Positions 22,304-31,575 of a DNA stretch of 64,000 nucleotides are shown here, piece by piece. Source of the stretch: an uncultured Clostridium sp. (GTDB lineage: Bacteria; Bacillota; Clostridia; Lachnospirales; Lachnospiraceae). Each line of letters begins with the position of its first letter. The stretch's first letter is position 1. The notes below the pieces were generated by a model. The model did no database searches and was not told the DNA's origin. It saw only the letters and a program-made list of their open reading frames with translations. The stretch spans positions 4,910-68,909 of the forward strand of contig UQBG01000012.1 of the NCBI GenBank assembly GCA_900539185.1, given 5' to 3'. The translations under genes were made by a program, and so were the position numbers.

Positions 22304-22314
22304 TGGTATCCCTC

Positions 22315-23256
22315 CTATTTATGTATTTCGTTTAGCTTGTCAATTAAGGATTCCAGTTCTTCGCTGGAGTAGTATTCGATTTCAATCTTTCCTTTTTCGT
22401 TGTTCTTTGCCTTTATGGAAACCTTGCTGCCCAGAACTTCCTTTAGATGTTCCTCCATATTGGTATAGAGATACTGGTGGTCAATAGCAGGTACTTCACG
22501 CTTTTCCTTTGGAGTAATCATAAGCTTCTTTACGAGAACTTCGGTCTGACGAACGCTCAGACTTTCATCGAACACCTTGCAGGCAATTTCATACTGCAGA
22601 TCCGGATCTTCGATGGTAAGGAGCGTACGAGCGTGACCGCTGCTTAGCTTGTCTTCAATCACCATTTCCTGAACCTTTGGACAAAGCTTGAGCAGTCGCA
22701 TAGAATTCGTAATGGCAGTCCGGCTTTTGGATACCCGCTCTGCAACCTCATCTTGCTTAAGCGAAAACTCCTGAATGAGACGTTGATATGCCTGTGCTTC
22801 TTCAATCGGATTTAAGTTCTCACGTTGAATGTTTTCAATCAATGAAATCTCTACGATTTCCTGATTCGTATAATTGCGGATAATAACCGGAACTTCCTTT
22901 AGACCAGCCAGACGGGCAGCCCTCCAGCGGCGTTCGCCGGCTATGATTTCATAGTAACCATTTTTCGGTGTTACAACGATTGGTTGAATAATGCCAAATT
23001 CCTTAATGGAATCTGCCAGTTCCTGTAATGGATCTTCTTCAAAGTGCTTTCTGGGCTGTGCAGCATTCGGTTCAATTTCTGTTATTTTTAAGGTCTTTTC
23101 TACTTCCTTGACAACTTCTTTTACAACTTCTTTTGTAGCGGACTCAGTTCCGCTTTTCTTCTTAGAAGTCTGTCTTGGAGTTTTCAGTTCGTTATCATCT
23201 ACTTCTGTTGGAATTAAGGAGGCTAAACCTCTTCCCAATCCTCGTTTCTGTGCCAT
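22315..23256 (-). CDS. parB: Chromosome partitioning protein ParB/Spo0J
   Basis: 313 aa with GERRWRAA ParB box and HTH. 4 nt after parA. Confidence 0.9.
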   Translation of the reverse strand: MAQKRGLGRGLASLIPTEVDDNELKTPRQTSKKKSGTESATKEVVKEVVKEVEKTLKITEIEPNAAQPRKHFEEDPLQELADSIKEFGIIQPIVVTPKNGYYEIIAGERRWRAARLAGLKEVPVIIRNYTNQEIVEISLIENIQRENLNPIEEAQAYQRLIQEFSLKQDEVAERVSKSRTAITNSMRLLKLCPKVQEMVIEDKLSSGHARTLLTIEDPDLQYEIACKVFDESLSVRQTEVLVKKLMITPKEKREVPAIDHQYLYTNMEEHLKEVLGSKVSIKAKNNEKGKIEIEYYSSEELESLIDKLNEIHK

Positions 23257-23260
23257 TTTG

Positions 23261-24028
23261 TCAACCTCCGATATTTGTAATTACTTCATCTGCCAGAAGT
23301 CGGTAGCTCTCAGCACCGGCAGATCTGGAATCATATAGGTTAATAGGAAGCCCATGACTCGGTGCTTCTGCTAATCGTACATTTCTTGGAATAATCGTTT
23401 TATATATATTTTGTTTTAAGGTGTCTTTTACATTTTCCACTACCTGCAGGGAAAGGTTTGTACGAGAATCATACATGGTAAAGACTACCCCTTCTATAGT
23501 AAGATTTTTGTTCAATTTCTTTTGAATCAGTTCAATTGTATAAATCAACTGAGATAACCCATCCAATGCAAAAAATTCACATTGAATCGGAACCAATACG
23601 GTATCAGCAGCTGTCATGGAGTTGACGGTTAATAGTCCTAAGGCCGGTGGACAGTCAATAATAATGAAGTCATATTTGTTCCGTAGTTTATCCAGATTCT
23701 GTTTCAATATGTACTGCATATCCGGAACCCCGACAAATTCCACCTCTGCACCAGCCAATAATCGATTCGCCGGAATCAGATTCAAATCTGGTATAACATT
23801 AATCAGCATACATTCACCGATATTGCAGTTGTCACACATTACATCATAAATGGTGTATTTCAAATCATTTTTATCTACACCCAAACCGGTTGTTAGATTT
23901 CCCTGTGGATCCATATCAACAGCCAGTACCTTTAACCCCTTTTCAGCAATGCATGCTGCCAGATTGATAGCGGTAGTGGTTTTGCCGACACCACCTTTTT
24001 GGTTTGCAATGGCAATAATTCTTCCCAT
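23261..24028 (-). CDS. parA: Chromosome partitioning ATPase ParA/Soj
   Basis: 255 aa with deviant Walker A KGGVGKTT. Confidence 0.9.
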   Translation of the reverse strand: MGRIIAIANQKGGVGKTTTAINLAACIAEKGLKVLAVDMDPQGNLTTGLGVDKNDLKYTIYDVMCDNCNIGECMLINVIPDLNLIPANRLLAGAEVEFVGVPDMQYILKQNLDKLRNKYDFIIIDCPPALGLLTVNSMTAADTVLVPIQCEFFALDGLSQLIYTIELIQKKLNKNLTIEGVVFTMYDSRTNLSLQVVENVKDTLKQNIYKTIIPRNVRLAEAPSHGLPINLYDSRSAGAESYRLLADEVITNIGG

Positions 24029-24117
24029 GTTGACGCCTCCTGCGTTCCATTATCTCTAGTCCTGTATTTCTTTCTTAGATAGTATAACATTAATGGAAGA
24101 ATCAATCCATATAAAAA

Positions 24118-24133
24118 TGTTTCACGTGAAACA
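24118..24133. promoter_or_regulatory. parS site 1 (perfect TGTTTCACGTGAAACA)
   Basis: Exact 16-bp consensus parS palindrome upstream of parA. Confidence 0.75.
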
Positions 24134-24196
24134 TTTTTTATGAAAAATATAAATGAATACAATGTACTGTATAATGTATGAATGAAAAACGATGGA

Positions 24197-24212
24197 TGTT
24201 TCACGTGAAACA
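24197..24212. promoter_or_regulatory. parS site 2 (perfect TGTTTCACGTGAAACA)
   Basis: Second exact copy 79 bp from the first. A degenerate half-site AACGTGAAAAG follows near 24240. Confidence 0.75.
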
Positions 24213-24332
24213 TTTTGTAATCTTCAAAAAATGTTTTTAAAACGTGAAAAGAGAAATATAAAATTATAGTAAGAACAAAAAAAGTATGATACACTACATT
24301 CAAAAGAAATATAAGTGGAGAGGACAGAAAAA

Positions 24333-24893
24333 ATGGAACTTCAAAAGGGAAGACCACAGGATACAACCGGAAGACTGGAACGAGAAACTGCAGTATATGA
24401 TCTGTTAGATAAACTGGGAATCTCATATATGAGAACGGATCATGAAGAAGCAAATACGATGGAAGCATGCAATGAGATCGATCAGATCTTAGAGGTAACG
24501 ATCTGTAAGAATCTGTTTTTGTGCAATCGACAAGAAACAAATTTTTATCTGTTGATGATGCCGGGCGATAAGCCATTTAAAACAAAGGATTTGTCAGCAC
24601 AGATCAATAGTGCAAGACTGTCATTTGCCAAGCCGGAATATATGGAAGAATATTTGCATATTCATCCCGGGGCAGTATCCATTATGGGACTTATGAATGA
24701 TACAGAGAATCGAGTGCAGTTACTTATGGATCGGGAAATATATGAGAGTGAAAAGCTGGGATGCCATCCGTGTGTAAGTACCTCCAGCCTTCGAATAAAG
24801 ACAAAGGATATACTGGATATTTATCTTCCGGCGGTTCATCATCAACCTATCGTAGTGAATCTTCCACGGCCGGAAATGAAAGAAAATGAATAA
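24333..24893 (+). CDS. YbaK/ProX-family aminoacyl-tRNA deacylase domain protein
   Basis: Track frame starts at GTG 24315. The ATG at 24333 has a GGAGAGGA RBS. Conserved KNLFL, LLMMPGDK, GCHPC, NTSSL-like pattern. Confidence 0.6.
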   Translation: MELQKGRPQDTTGRLERETAVYDLLDKLGISYMRTDHEEANTMEACNEIDQILEVTICKNLFLCNRQETNFYLLMMPGDKPFKTKDLSAQINSARLSFAKPEYMEEYLHIHPGAVSIMGLMNDTENRVQLLMDREIYESEKLGCHPCVSTSSLRIKTKDILDIYLPAVHHQPIVVNLPRPEMKENE

Positions 24894-24904
24894 AGGAGAA
24901 ACGA

Positions 24905-25558
24905 ATGAAAAAATATGAAGTAGTGCTGTTTGATCTGGACGGTACCCTGACAGATCCGGGGATTGGGATTACAAACTCAGTAGCATATGCATTCGAGAAA
25001 TATAATATTCACATAAAAGAACGAGCGGAGCTGTATCGGTTTATCGGTCCACCGTTAGTAGATTCGTTTCAAAACTTCTATGGTTTTTCTGACGAGCAGG
25101 CGTTAGAAGCAGTCGAATATTACCGGGAGTATTATCAGGATAAGGGTATATTTGAAAACTATGTATATGATGGAATCCCTGACCTGCTGGAAACTTTGCG
25201 GGCGAGAGGAAAGCGATTAATCGTAGCAACATCCAAGCCGGAGGAATTTGCAAAGAGGATCATAAAGCACTATGATTTGGAAAAATACTTTTCTTATGTA
25301 GCCGGAGCAACAATGGACAATCAGACAAGAATAACCAAAGCAGCAGTGATCCGGTATGCATTGGATACCTGCCAGATCGAACAGACTGAAAAGGTAGTCA
25401 TGGTGGGGGATCGGAAGCATGATGTACTGGGAGCGGCACAATGGGGAATCGATACGATCGGAGTTCTATATGGATATGGAGATCGAGAGGAACTGGAAGC
25501 TGCCGGAGCACGCTATATTGCAGATACGGTCGAGCAGATTGCAGGGATCATACAGTAA
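24905..25558 (+). CDS. HAD-superfamily hydrolase (phosphatase, subfamily IA)
   Basis: 217 aa with motif I DLDGTL, ATSKP and GDRKHD. Confidence 0.75.
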   Translation: MKKYEVVLFDLDGTLTDPGIGITNSVAYAFEKYNIHIKERAELYRFIGPPLVDSFQNFYGFSDEQALEAVEYYREYYQDKGIFENYVYDGIPDLLETLRARGKRLIVATSKPEEFAKRIIKHYDLEKYFSYVAGATMDNQTRITKAAVIRYALDTCQIEQTEKVVMVGDRKHDVLGAAQWGIDTIGVLYGYGDREELEAAGARYIADTVEQIAGIIQ

Positions 25559-25560
25559 AA

Positions 25561-25620
25561 CGCTAAACGGAGAAGCACTAAACAGAGAAACACTAAACAG
25601 AGAAACACTAAACAGAGAAA
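25561..25620. repeat. Tandem repeat, 4 x 15 bp (CACTAAACAGAGAAA; first copy degenerate)
   Basis: cgctaaacggagaag followed by three identical cactaaacagagaaa units, between convergent HAD and argS genes. Confidence 0.85.
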
Positions 25621-25627
25621 CGAAAAA

Positions 25628-25684
25628 GCCGGAATATGGGTGATTACGCCTTCAATGAAAGGAAGACAGCATCCATATTCCGGC
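25628..25684. terminator. Long inverted repeat (12-bp stem GCCGGAATATGG / CCATATTCCGGC, 33-nt loop); possible bidirectional terminator
   Basis: Arms at 25628-25639 and 25673-25684 with flanking A-run and T-rich sequence. Confidence 0.4.
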
Positions 25685-25711
25685 TTGTATAATTGGTGTT
25701 GCAGTATAGTA

Positions 25712-27406
25712 TTACATCTGCTCCGGACAGTTGATACCTAGCAGAGCCAATGCATCCCGTAAGGTCTTACGTGTGACAGCCACTAGCTTTAAACGGGCAT
25801 TGCGGATATCTTCCTCCGGTACATTGATACGGTTTGCAGTATAGAACCGATTGAAGGACTGTGCAACATCAATAGCAAAACGAGAGATCATAAACGGCTC
25901 ATACTTATCGGCAGCATCTGCCACTGCCTTTGGAAACTTGTTGATCGCCTTCAATAGTTCCATAGAGTCCAGGTCAGTTAATACGGAGTAGTCAATCTCC
26001 TTTGTTTCATCAAAGTCGGGAACCGCACGTAACAGGCTGCTACAACGAGCATAGGTATACTGAACATATGGACCGGTTTCTCCATCGAAGTTCAGAATCT
26101 TGTCCCATTTGAAAGAAACATCTTTGATTCGCTGGTTGAACAGGTCATTAAAGATGATAGCACCGACACCAACCATCTTTGCTACTTCATCTTTATTCTC
26201 CAGATTTGGATTCTTTTCAGCGATAATCTCCTTAACCTTGGAAATGGCTTCTAATAAGATGTCTTCTGCATAAATAATATTTCCGCTTCGGGTAGACAGC
26301 TTGGCACCTTCCAGACTGACCAGACCATAAGGAATGTGAATCAACTGGTCAGCAGCCCATTCGTTTCCTAAAAGCTCTACAACTTTGAATACCTGAGCAA
26401 AGTGCAAACGCTGTTCCTGGCCGGTAACATAGAGACACTTCACGAAGTTATAGGTTTCTTTCCGGTAGAAGATGGCAGCCAGATCACGGGTGGCATAGAT
26501 AGAACCACCATCGGCTTTCTTTATAATGCAAGGAGCCATATCGTATTCGGATAGATCTACAATGTAAGCGCCTTCGCTTTCTTTTAATAAATGTGCCTGT
26601 TCCAGACGATCAACAACCGCCTGTGTTTTATCACGGTAGAAGCTTTCGCCGTTGTAGGAATCAAATTCGACACCTAACAGTTTATAGATTCTGCGATATT
26701 CGATCAGGCTGATATCTTTAAACCACTGCCAGATCGACAGGGCTTCTTCATCTCCTTGCTCCATCTTTACAAACCAGGCACGAGCCTGTTCAATCAGAGT
26801 TTCGTCCTCATTTGCTTCTTCATGGAACTTTACATATAAGTCCATAAGTTCAGCAATTCCTTTTTCTTCAACGGCTTCCTTGGAACCCCATTTCTTATAA
26901 GCAACGATCAGTTTACCGAACTGTGTTCCCCAGTCACCCAGATGATTGATCCGATGTACGGTGTAACCCAGCTTGCTATAGATCTTGGCAAGAGAATTAC
27001 CGATGATAGTTGTACGCAGGTGGCCGACATGGAAGTTTTTTGCCACATTAGGAGAAGAGTAGTCAATACAAATATTCTGTCCGTTTCCGATATCAGAACC
27101 GCCAAAGTTGTCAGCAGAAGCAGCATTCAACATTGTCTTAACAAACAGATCCTTCTTAATATAGAAGTTACAGTATGCACCCTGTACCCGGATCTCTTCT
27201 ACGAAGTCCAAAGAGCCCAGAATGGCATTCTTCAGATCTTCGGCAATCAGGTTTGGAGCCTTGTGCATGGTTTTTGCCAGGCGGAAGCATGGAAATGCGT
27301 AATCACCTAATTCCGGCTTTGGAGGAACTTCAAGCAACCCCAGAATATCGGAGGCTGTTAATCCTTCTACATGTTGTGAAATAATGTTCGCTAATTGTTC
27401 TTTCAT
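25712..27406 (-). CDS. argS: Arginine--tRNA ligase
   Basis: Trimmed to the ATG at 27406 (MKEQLANIIS), giving 564 aa. The longer track frame would overlap the upstream gene and has no RBS. Class I motifs and the C-terminal DALR anticodon-binding region are present. Confidence 0.9.
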   Translation of the reverse strand: MKEQLANIISQHVEGLTASDILGLLEVPPKPELGDYAFPCFRLAKTMHKAPNLIAEDLKNAILGSLDFVEEIRVQGAYCNFYIKKDLFVKTMLNAASADNFGGSDIGNGQNICIDYSSPNVAKNFHVGHLRTTIIGNSLAKIYSKLGYTVHRINHLGDWGTQFGKLIVAYKKWGSKEAVEEKGIAELMDLYVKFHEEANEDETLIEQARAWFVKMEQGDEEALSIWQWFKDISLIEYRRIYKLLGVEFDSYNGESFYRDKTQAVVDRLEQAHLLKESEGAYIVDLSEYDMAPCIIKKADGGSIYATRDLAAIFYRKETYNFVKCLYVTGQEQRLHFAQVFKVVELLGNEWAADQLIHIPYGLVSLEGAKLSTRSGNIIYAEDILLEAISKVKEIIAEKNPNLENKDEVAKMVGVGAIIFNDLFNQRIKDVSFKWDKILNFDGETGPYVQYTYARCSSLLRAVPDFDETKEIDYSVLTDLDSMELLKAINKFPKAVADAADKYEPFMISRFAIDVAQSFNRFYTANRINVPEEDIRNARLKLVAVTRKTLRDALALLGINCPEQM

Positions 27407-27432
27407 AATATATTGTATGTCCTTTCTGGTTC

Positions 27433-28713
27433 TTATTGCTGTGTAGCTGATGTATGACCGGGAGCGGAAGTCTCCGGCTCTGTACATATCGGGAATGAAA
27501 AACGGATATTGGTACCACTGATGATGTCACCGTCGATCTGAAGTTTTCCATCCAGTAAATGAACAATTTCATGGAGACGGTGAAGACCACTGTGCCAGGG
27601 ACTGGCAGTCAGATAGTCGGAAGGGATGCCGGCCCCATTATCATTGATATAGACATCTACCATTCGAGCGTTAATGTATACTTTTACTAATACGCGGTTC
27701 GCGTTGGAATAGTAGAATATGTTATCCATAATCTCACGAAGCAGCTGCAAGAGTGTAATCGTGATGATAGGAAGAACGTGTAATTCATAGTCCGTGCAGT
27801 CAACAGAAGCATCGATGGAACACTCCGGATGTAGGGACTTATAATGCTGGATACAGTCATCAATCGCCAGCCAGATCGGAGGCTGCGTTGTGAGACTCTG
27901 ATCTAGATCCTGTAAAATCATATCCATTGTATGCAGGAGTCTGGTATTGGTATCCTGCAGTTCCTGAAGCGTTAGTCTGGCTCTGGTAGGATCTGACTGA
28001 ATCAGCCATTTCAGAACCTCCAGCCTGTTCTGATTATTTTCCAGTCCCTGTTGAAGGGAACTGCGAAGTTGCTTTGCAGCCTGAGATTTATCATACTGAT
28101 TAAACATTAGAATCTGACAGGCATGGTAGGTAGAATCCTCTGTACTATCGGTAGCCGGAATAGTCAAATCCGATACTGTCTCTTCGGAAGGTGCTTCTGA
28201 CTGAGGCAAGGACTGGTAAAGGGAAGCCAGACTCTGATTCGCAGCTTCCAGAGACTGAATATGTGTCCGAATTGTTGTTAAGTCCTGTTCCAGCTTCTGA
28301 ATCCGTTTCGAGAGAGAAGTACGTACTTCCTGAAGCTCATCTAACTGTGCCTGAATGACCTGGCCTTTGCCCTGATTATCAGAGTTGACCGGGAGCGGCG
28401 AGAAAAAGTTCCGACGGGTATCCGACTGGAAAGAATAAATATTCTTTGTTTTTTCTAATTCCTCGATCTTAACATTCAGTTCGAAGAGTTCCGTCTTTAA
28501 TGTCTGTATCTGCTCAGACTGTGTTACATAGACGGAGCGGAAATAGTTTAATAAGTCCCAGTTTGTGGCACGCAGAGTATTCAACTGATCGTCCATCGAT
28601 AAATCAGGGGTATCGTTCGGAGCCTTGGCATTATCCGCAGAAGCTTCTTCGGTATGTGCCTCGGCAGCGAAAGCATTTAATTCATCAACGATATTAAACT
28701 GCTTTTCATCCAT
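27433..28713 (-). CDS. Hypothetical cytoplasmic coiled-coil protein with C-terminal GHKL (HATPase_c-like) domain
   Basis: 426 aa. Strong AAGGAGGG RBS. Q/L-rich heptad region (LQELQEVRTSLSKRIQKLEQDL...). C-terminal NDNGAGIP G1-box-like motif. No obvious H-box and no TM segment. Confidence 0.5.
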   Translation of the reverse strand: MDEKQFNIVDELNAFAAEAHTEEASADNAKAPNDTPDLSMDDQLNTLRATNWDLLNYFRSVYVTQSEQIQTLKTELFELNVKIEELEKTKNIYSFQSDTRRNFFSPLPVNSDNQGKGQVIQAQLDELQEVRTSLSKRIQKLEQDLTTIRTHIQSLEAANQSLASLYQSLPQSEAPSEETVSDLTIPATDSTEDSTYHACQILMFNQYDKSQAAKQLRSSLQQGLENNQNRLEVLKWLIQSDPTRARLTLQELQDTNTRLLHTMDMILQDLDQSLTTQPPIWLAIDDCIQHYKSLHPECSIDASVDCTDYELHVLPIITITLLQLLREIMDNIFYYSNANRVLVKVYINARMVDVYINDNGAGIPSDYLTASPWHSGLHRLHEIVHLLDGKLQIDGDIISGTNIRFSFPICTEPETSAPGHTSATQQ

Positions 28714-28769
28714 AGTAATCCCTCCTTATCGAATCGTAGTATAACGCTCAAATAAACTATAATAAATGA

Positions 28770-30191
28770 TTAAAAATGCAGCTTGCTGTTCTTGGAACGA
28801 CGCTTCAGATAACGGTAGCGTCGACTCTTGATCCGATACACAATGAAAAGAGCAAGCGTTACAAGAACAATACCGGAAATAGCGATAACAAGTGTCAGAT
28901 TCACCCGACGCTTATGTTCCTCCGGTGTGGTTCCCCAACGTAATACTTCTCCATTTACAGTCATATCACTGTATATGATATCGGATTCTCCGATGACGGT
29001 TCCTTGATAAAGAACGGAAATCTTTCCGACTACGTTATTTTCTAATGTATCGTAATAAGTAGTTTCGGTGGTCAACTCTGACGGATCGGTACTTCTGGGA
29101 ACTAAAACTGCCAGATCATTATCAATCGAAAGATTCAAAGTGTCATGATCAAGTCCGTGATAGAAGTTTGTTAAAATCGGATCGGTCGCAGTCACGGTGT
29201 TCGGATTCAGATTTTGCAATGGATACATATAGGTATAGTTATCAAAGTAGTAGTTGTATAAAGCAATGGAATCATTGTAGCAGTTCGCAGCACCATGACA
29301 GTCCATCATAACGCAGATCAGTTCCATTCCGTTTTTCTGAGCATAGGTAACCAGAGTATTCCGTGCCTGATCGGTAAAACCGGTTTTGCCACCCTCCAAC
29401 GGTTCATAGTAGTATCGGCTGGTAGGATAAAGCATTTTTAACTGATGCCAGAGATCCCGTGGCTCTTCGGTTAAATTCGTTGGTGGAATCTGGTGATAGG
29501 TTGTTTCATCTATCGTTCGGAATACCGGGTTCTGAATGGCTGCCTGTGTGATCAGAGCCATATCGTAAGGGGTTGTGTAATGATTATCATCGTGCAGGCC
29601 ATTGGGATTTACAAAATGAGTGTCTTTACAACCCAGTTCTGCCGCCTTGGCATTCATCATATCCGCAAAGGCCTCTACGGAGCCGGCTACATGTTCAGCC
29701 ATACCGATGGATGCCTCATTGGCAGACTGCAACAGGATCGCATAAAAGCAGTCTTCTACAGAAATCTGTTCCCCTACATCCAGAGCGATATGATTGCTGT
29801 CACGTTCAATGCCCCAGATTGCATTTTCCGAAAATGTGACGGTGTCGGTCATGGTTGTATGATCCAAAGCAACCAGGCAGGTCATGACCTTAGTGATACT
29901 GGCGGGATAGCACCGCCGATCCATATTTTTACCATAAAGAACCGCGCCGGTCTTTGCATCGATTACAATCGCAGCGTTTGCTACGATCGAAGGTGCACTC
30001 GGATCTGTAATATCTGCCGGTTCTTCGGTAGAAGTATCGCCGGCGGAATCAGAGGTGTCATCTGAGGAAGTATCCTGAGAAAGATCCTCTGCCATTGCAA
30101 TGCGGGTACCTGCACCTGTCGAAATAATATAAGAAAAAGATAATAGACAGGCCAGAAAAAGAGTGGCTGTCTTCTTAAAAAAAGTCTTCAA
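28770..30191 (-). CDS. dacB: D-alanyl-D-alanine carboxypeptidase (PBP5/6 family, S11) with C-terminal membrane anchor
   Basis: SxxK SITK, SxN SANEAS and KTG GGKTGFT motifs. Signal peptide then acidic low-complexity linker. Start is TTG at 30189-30191 with GGAGG 6 nt upstream. Confidence 0.8.
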   Translation of the reverse strand: MKTFFKKTATLFLACLLSFSYIISTGAGTRIAMAEDLSQDTSSDDTSDSAGDTSTEEPADITDPSAPSIVANAAIVIDAKTGAVLYGKNMDRRCYPASITKVMTCLVALDHTTMTDTVTFSENAIWGIERDSNHIALDVGEQISVEDCFYAILLQSANEASIGMAEHVAGSVEAFADMMNAKAAELGCKDTHFVNPNGLHDDNHYTTPYDMALITQAAIQNPVFRTIDETTYHQIPPTNLTEEPRDLWHQLKMLYPTSRYYYEPLEGGKTGFTDQARNTLVTYAQKNGMELICVMMDCHGAANCYNDSIALYNYYFDNYTYMYPLQNLNPNTVTATDPILTNFYHGLDHDTLNLSIDNDLAVLVPRSTDPSELTTETTYYDTLENNVVGKISVLYQGTVIGESDIIYSDMTVNGEVLRWGTTPEEHKRRVNLTLVIAISGIVLVTLALFIVYRIKSRRYRYLKRRSKNSKLHF

Positions 30192-30271
30192 AATAGGCCT
30201 CCAAAAAACATAGTCATACTTATTAATATATTAGTATAGAAAGGCAAAATAGTCAATGAAAACTGGCGTTT

Positions 30272-30300
30272 GTTGACACTGGAAGAAGGGGCCGATATAA
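30272..30300 (+). promoter_or_regulatory. SigA-type promoter of trmB (TTGACA-17-TATAAT)
   Basis: Perfect consensus hexamers at 30272-30277 and 30295-30300. Confidence 0.6.
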
Positions 30301-30354
30301 TGAAAACAGCAGGAAGAAGACAGAAGAGACTTCCGGGCAGAAAGAGGATGTAAG

Positions 30355-30996
30355 ATGCGATTAAGAAATGTAAAAGGCTCAAGGGAAACAATAGCGGCAA
30401 ATGAGTATGTGATAAAGGAAGAAACACAGTATAAGGGAAAGTGGAAAGACATATTCGGAAATGATCATCCGATTCATATAGAGATCGGAATGGGAAAGGG
30501 ACAGTTTATCACAACGCTGGCGCAGCAGAATCCGGAAATTAATTATGTAGGGGTTGAAAAATATTCAAGTGTGCTGATCCGGGCGATTGCGAAGCAGGAG
30601 GAGCTGCAGCTGCCAAACCTTTATTTTATCCGTATGGAGGCAGAGTATATAGCAGATGTATTTGCACCGGATGAGGTAGAACGGATTTATTTGAACTTCT
30701 CGGATCCATGGCCAAAGGATCGGCATGCGAAGCGGCGGCTGACCTCGAAGGAATTTCTGGCAAGATATGATCAGATTCTGGTACCGGAAGGAGTCGTGAT
30801 CTTTAAGACCGATAATCGCGATCTTTTTGACTTCTCTCTTGAGCAGGTGCCGGAGGCCGGATGGAAACTGGTAAACTATACATATGATCTCCATCATAGT
30901 GAGTATCTGGATGGAAATATTATGACGGAGTATGAAACGAAGTTTGTGGCAGAGGGAAAACCGATCGGCAGACTGGTAGCCGGAAGAGAAAAATAG
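30355..30996 (+). CDS. trmB: tRNA (guanine46-N7)-methyltransferase
   Basis: 213 aa with SAM-MTase motif IEIGMGKGQF and FSDPWPK. Confidence 0.85.
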   Translation: MRLRNVKGSRETIAANEYVIKEETQYKGKWKDIFGNDHPIHIEIGMGKGQFITTLAQQNPEINYVGVEKYSSVLIRAIAKQEELQLPNLYFIRMEAEYIADVFAPDEVERIYLNFSDPWPKDRHAKRRLTSKEFLARYDQILVPEGVVIFKTDNRDLFDFSLEQVPEAGWKLVNYTYDLHHSEYLDGNIMTEYETKFVAEGKPIGRLVAGREK

Positions 30997-31067
30997 AAAG
31001 TCGGGCAAGTGAAATTCTGAATTTGATATAAATAGTGAAATTAAAAAGGAATACGTTTGAAGAAAAG

Positions 31068-31110
31068 GGGAAAACTACTGGTAGATCGTGATTTACCGGT
31101 AGTTTTTCTA
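31068..31110 (+). terminator. Intrinsic terminator after trmB
   Basis: Stem AAACTACTGGTAG / TACCGGTAGTTT followed by TTTTC. Confidence 0.6.
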
Positions 31111-31203
31111 CGATACGTTAGAATAAAAAACTATCAGAAAAACAGAGGTAAAAACGCAAATTGTCTAACTTTAACAAAATATTAAAAAAAATCAAAAAAG
31201 TAC

Positions 31204-31232
31204 TTGCATTTTGAAAAATGCTGCGTTATAAT
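31204..31232 (+). promoter_or_regulatory. SigA-type promoter of tRNA-Lys (TTGCAT-17-TATAAT)
   Basis: Hexamers at 31204-31209 and 31227-31232. A short 7-bp leader hairpin CGTTGTG/CACAACG lies at 31241-31265. Confidence 0.6.
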
Positions 31233-31279
31233 CATTCTTGCGTTGTGAGTGATGTAAACACAACGAAACAACAAAATAT

Positions 31280-31352
31280 GCGCTTCTAGCTCATTTGGTA
31301 GAGCACCTGACTCTTAATCAGGGTGTGCGGGGTTCGAGCCCCCGGAGGCGCA
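31280..31352 (+). tRNA. tRNA-Lys (anticodon CTT)
   Basis: 73-nt cloverleaf: GCGCTTC-TA-GCTC-ATTTGGTA-GAGC-A-CCTGA-CTCTTAA-TCAGG-GTGTG-CGGGG-TTCGAGC-CCCCG-GAGGCGC-A. CCA not encoded. Confidence 0.85.
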
Positions 31353-31488
31353 CTAAAAGGCTCAAGGCTTCGCGGATATGCAGGTTTTGGGTTTTTTGTT
31401 TTAAAAAAATATTTGAATTGAAATCTGGAAAAGTCAAAATTGACCTATTATCTCGTCATTGATTACCCTATGAAATATAGAAAATGCT

Positions 31489-31497
31489 TGTTATAAT
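31489..31497 (+). promoter_or_regulatory. Extended -10 (TGtTATAAT) promoter upstream of beta-glucosidase gene
   Basis: The block aaaatgcttgttataatcga closely resembles the tRNA-Lys -10 region aaaatgctgcgttataatca. Confidence 0.4.
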
Positions 31498-31575
31498 CGA
31501 GACAAATCAAAGAAACCATGAACATAATGCGGAAAGCAAAAGTCAATAGATGATGAATCGGAAAGGAGAATGACT

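Noticed and set aside
24231-24252. Third parS site
   Set aside because: TGTTTTTAAAACGTGAAAAG retains only one half-site (CGTGAAA) and has an expanded centre. It is probably a decayed copy and not a functional ParB site.
25561-25620. Possible CRISPR array
   Set aside because: Units are only 15 bp and directly abut each other with no spacers, and there are no cas genes anywhere in the window. It is a simple tandem repeat.
27407-27487. 27-codon N-terminal extension of argS (MYRAGDFRSRSYISYTAIRTRKDIQYI)
   Set aside because: It would overlap the 3' end of the upstream GHKL-domain gene by 55 nt and has no RBS. The resulting ArgS length (564 aa) fits the family only with the internal ATG.
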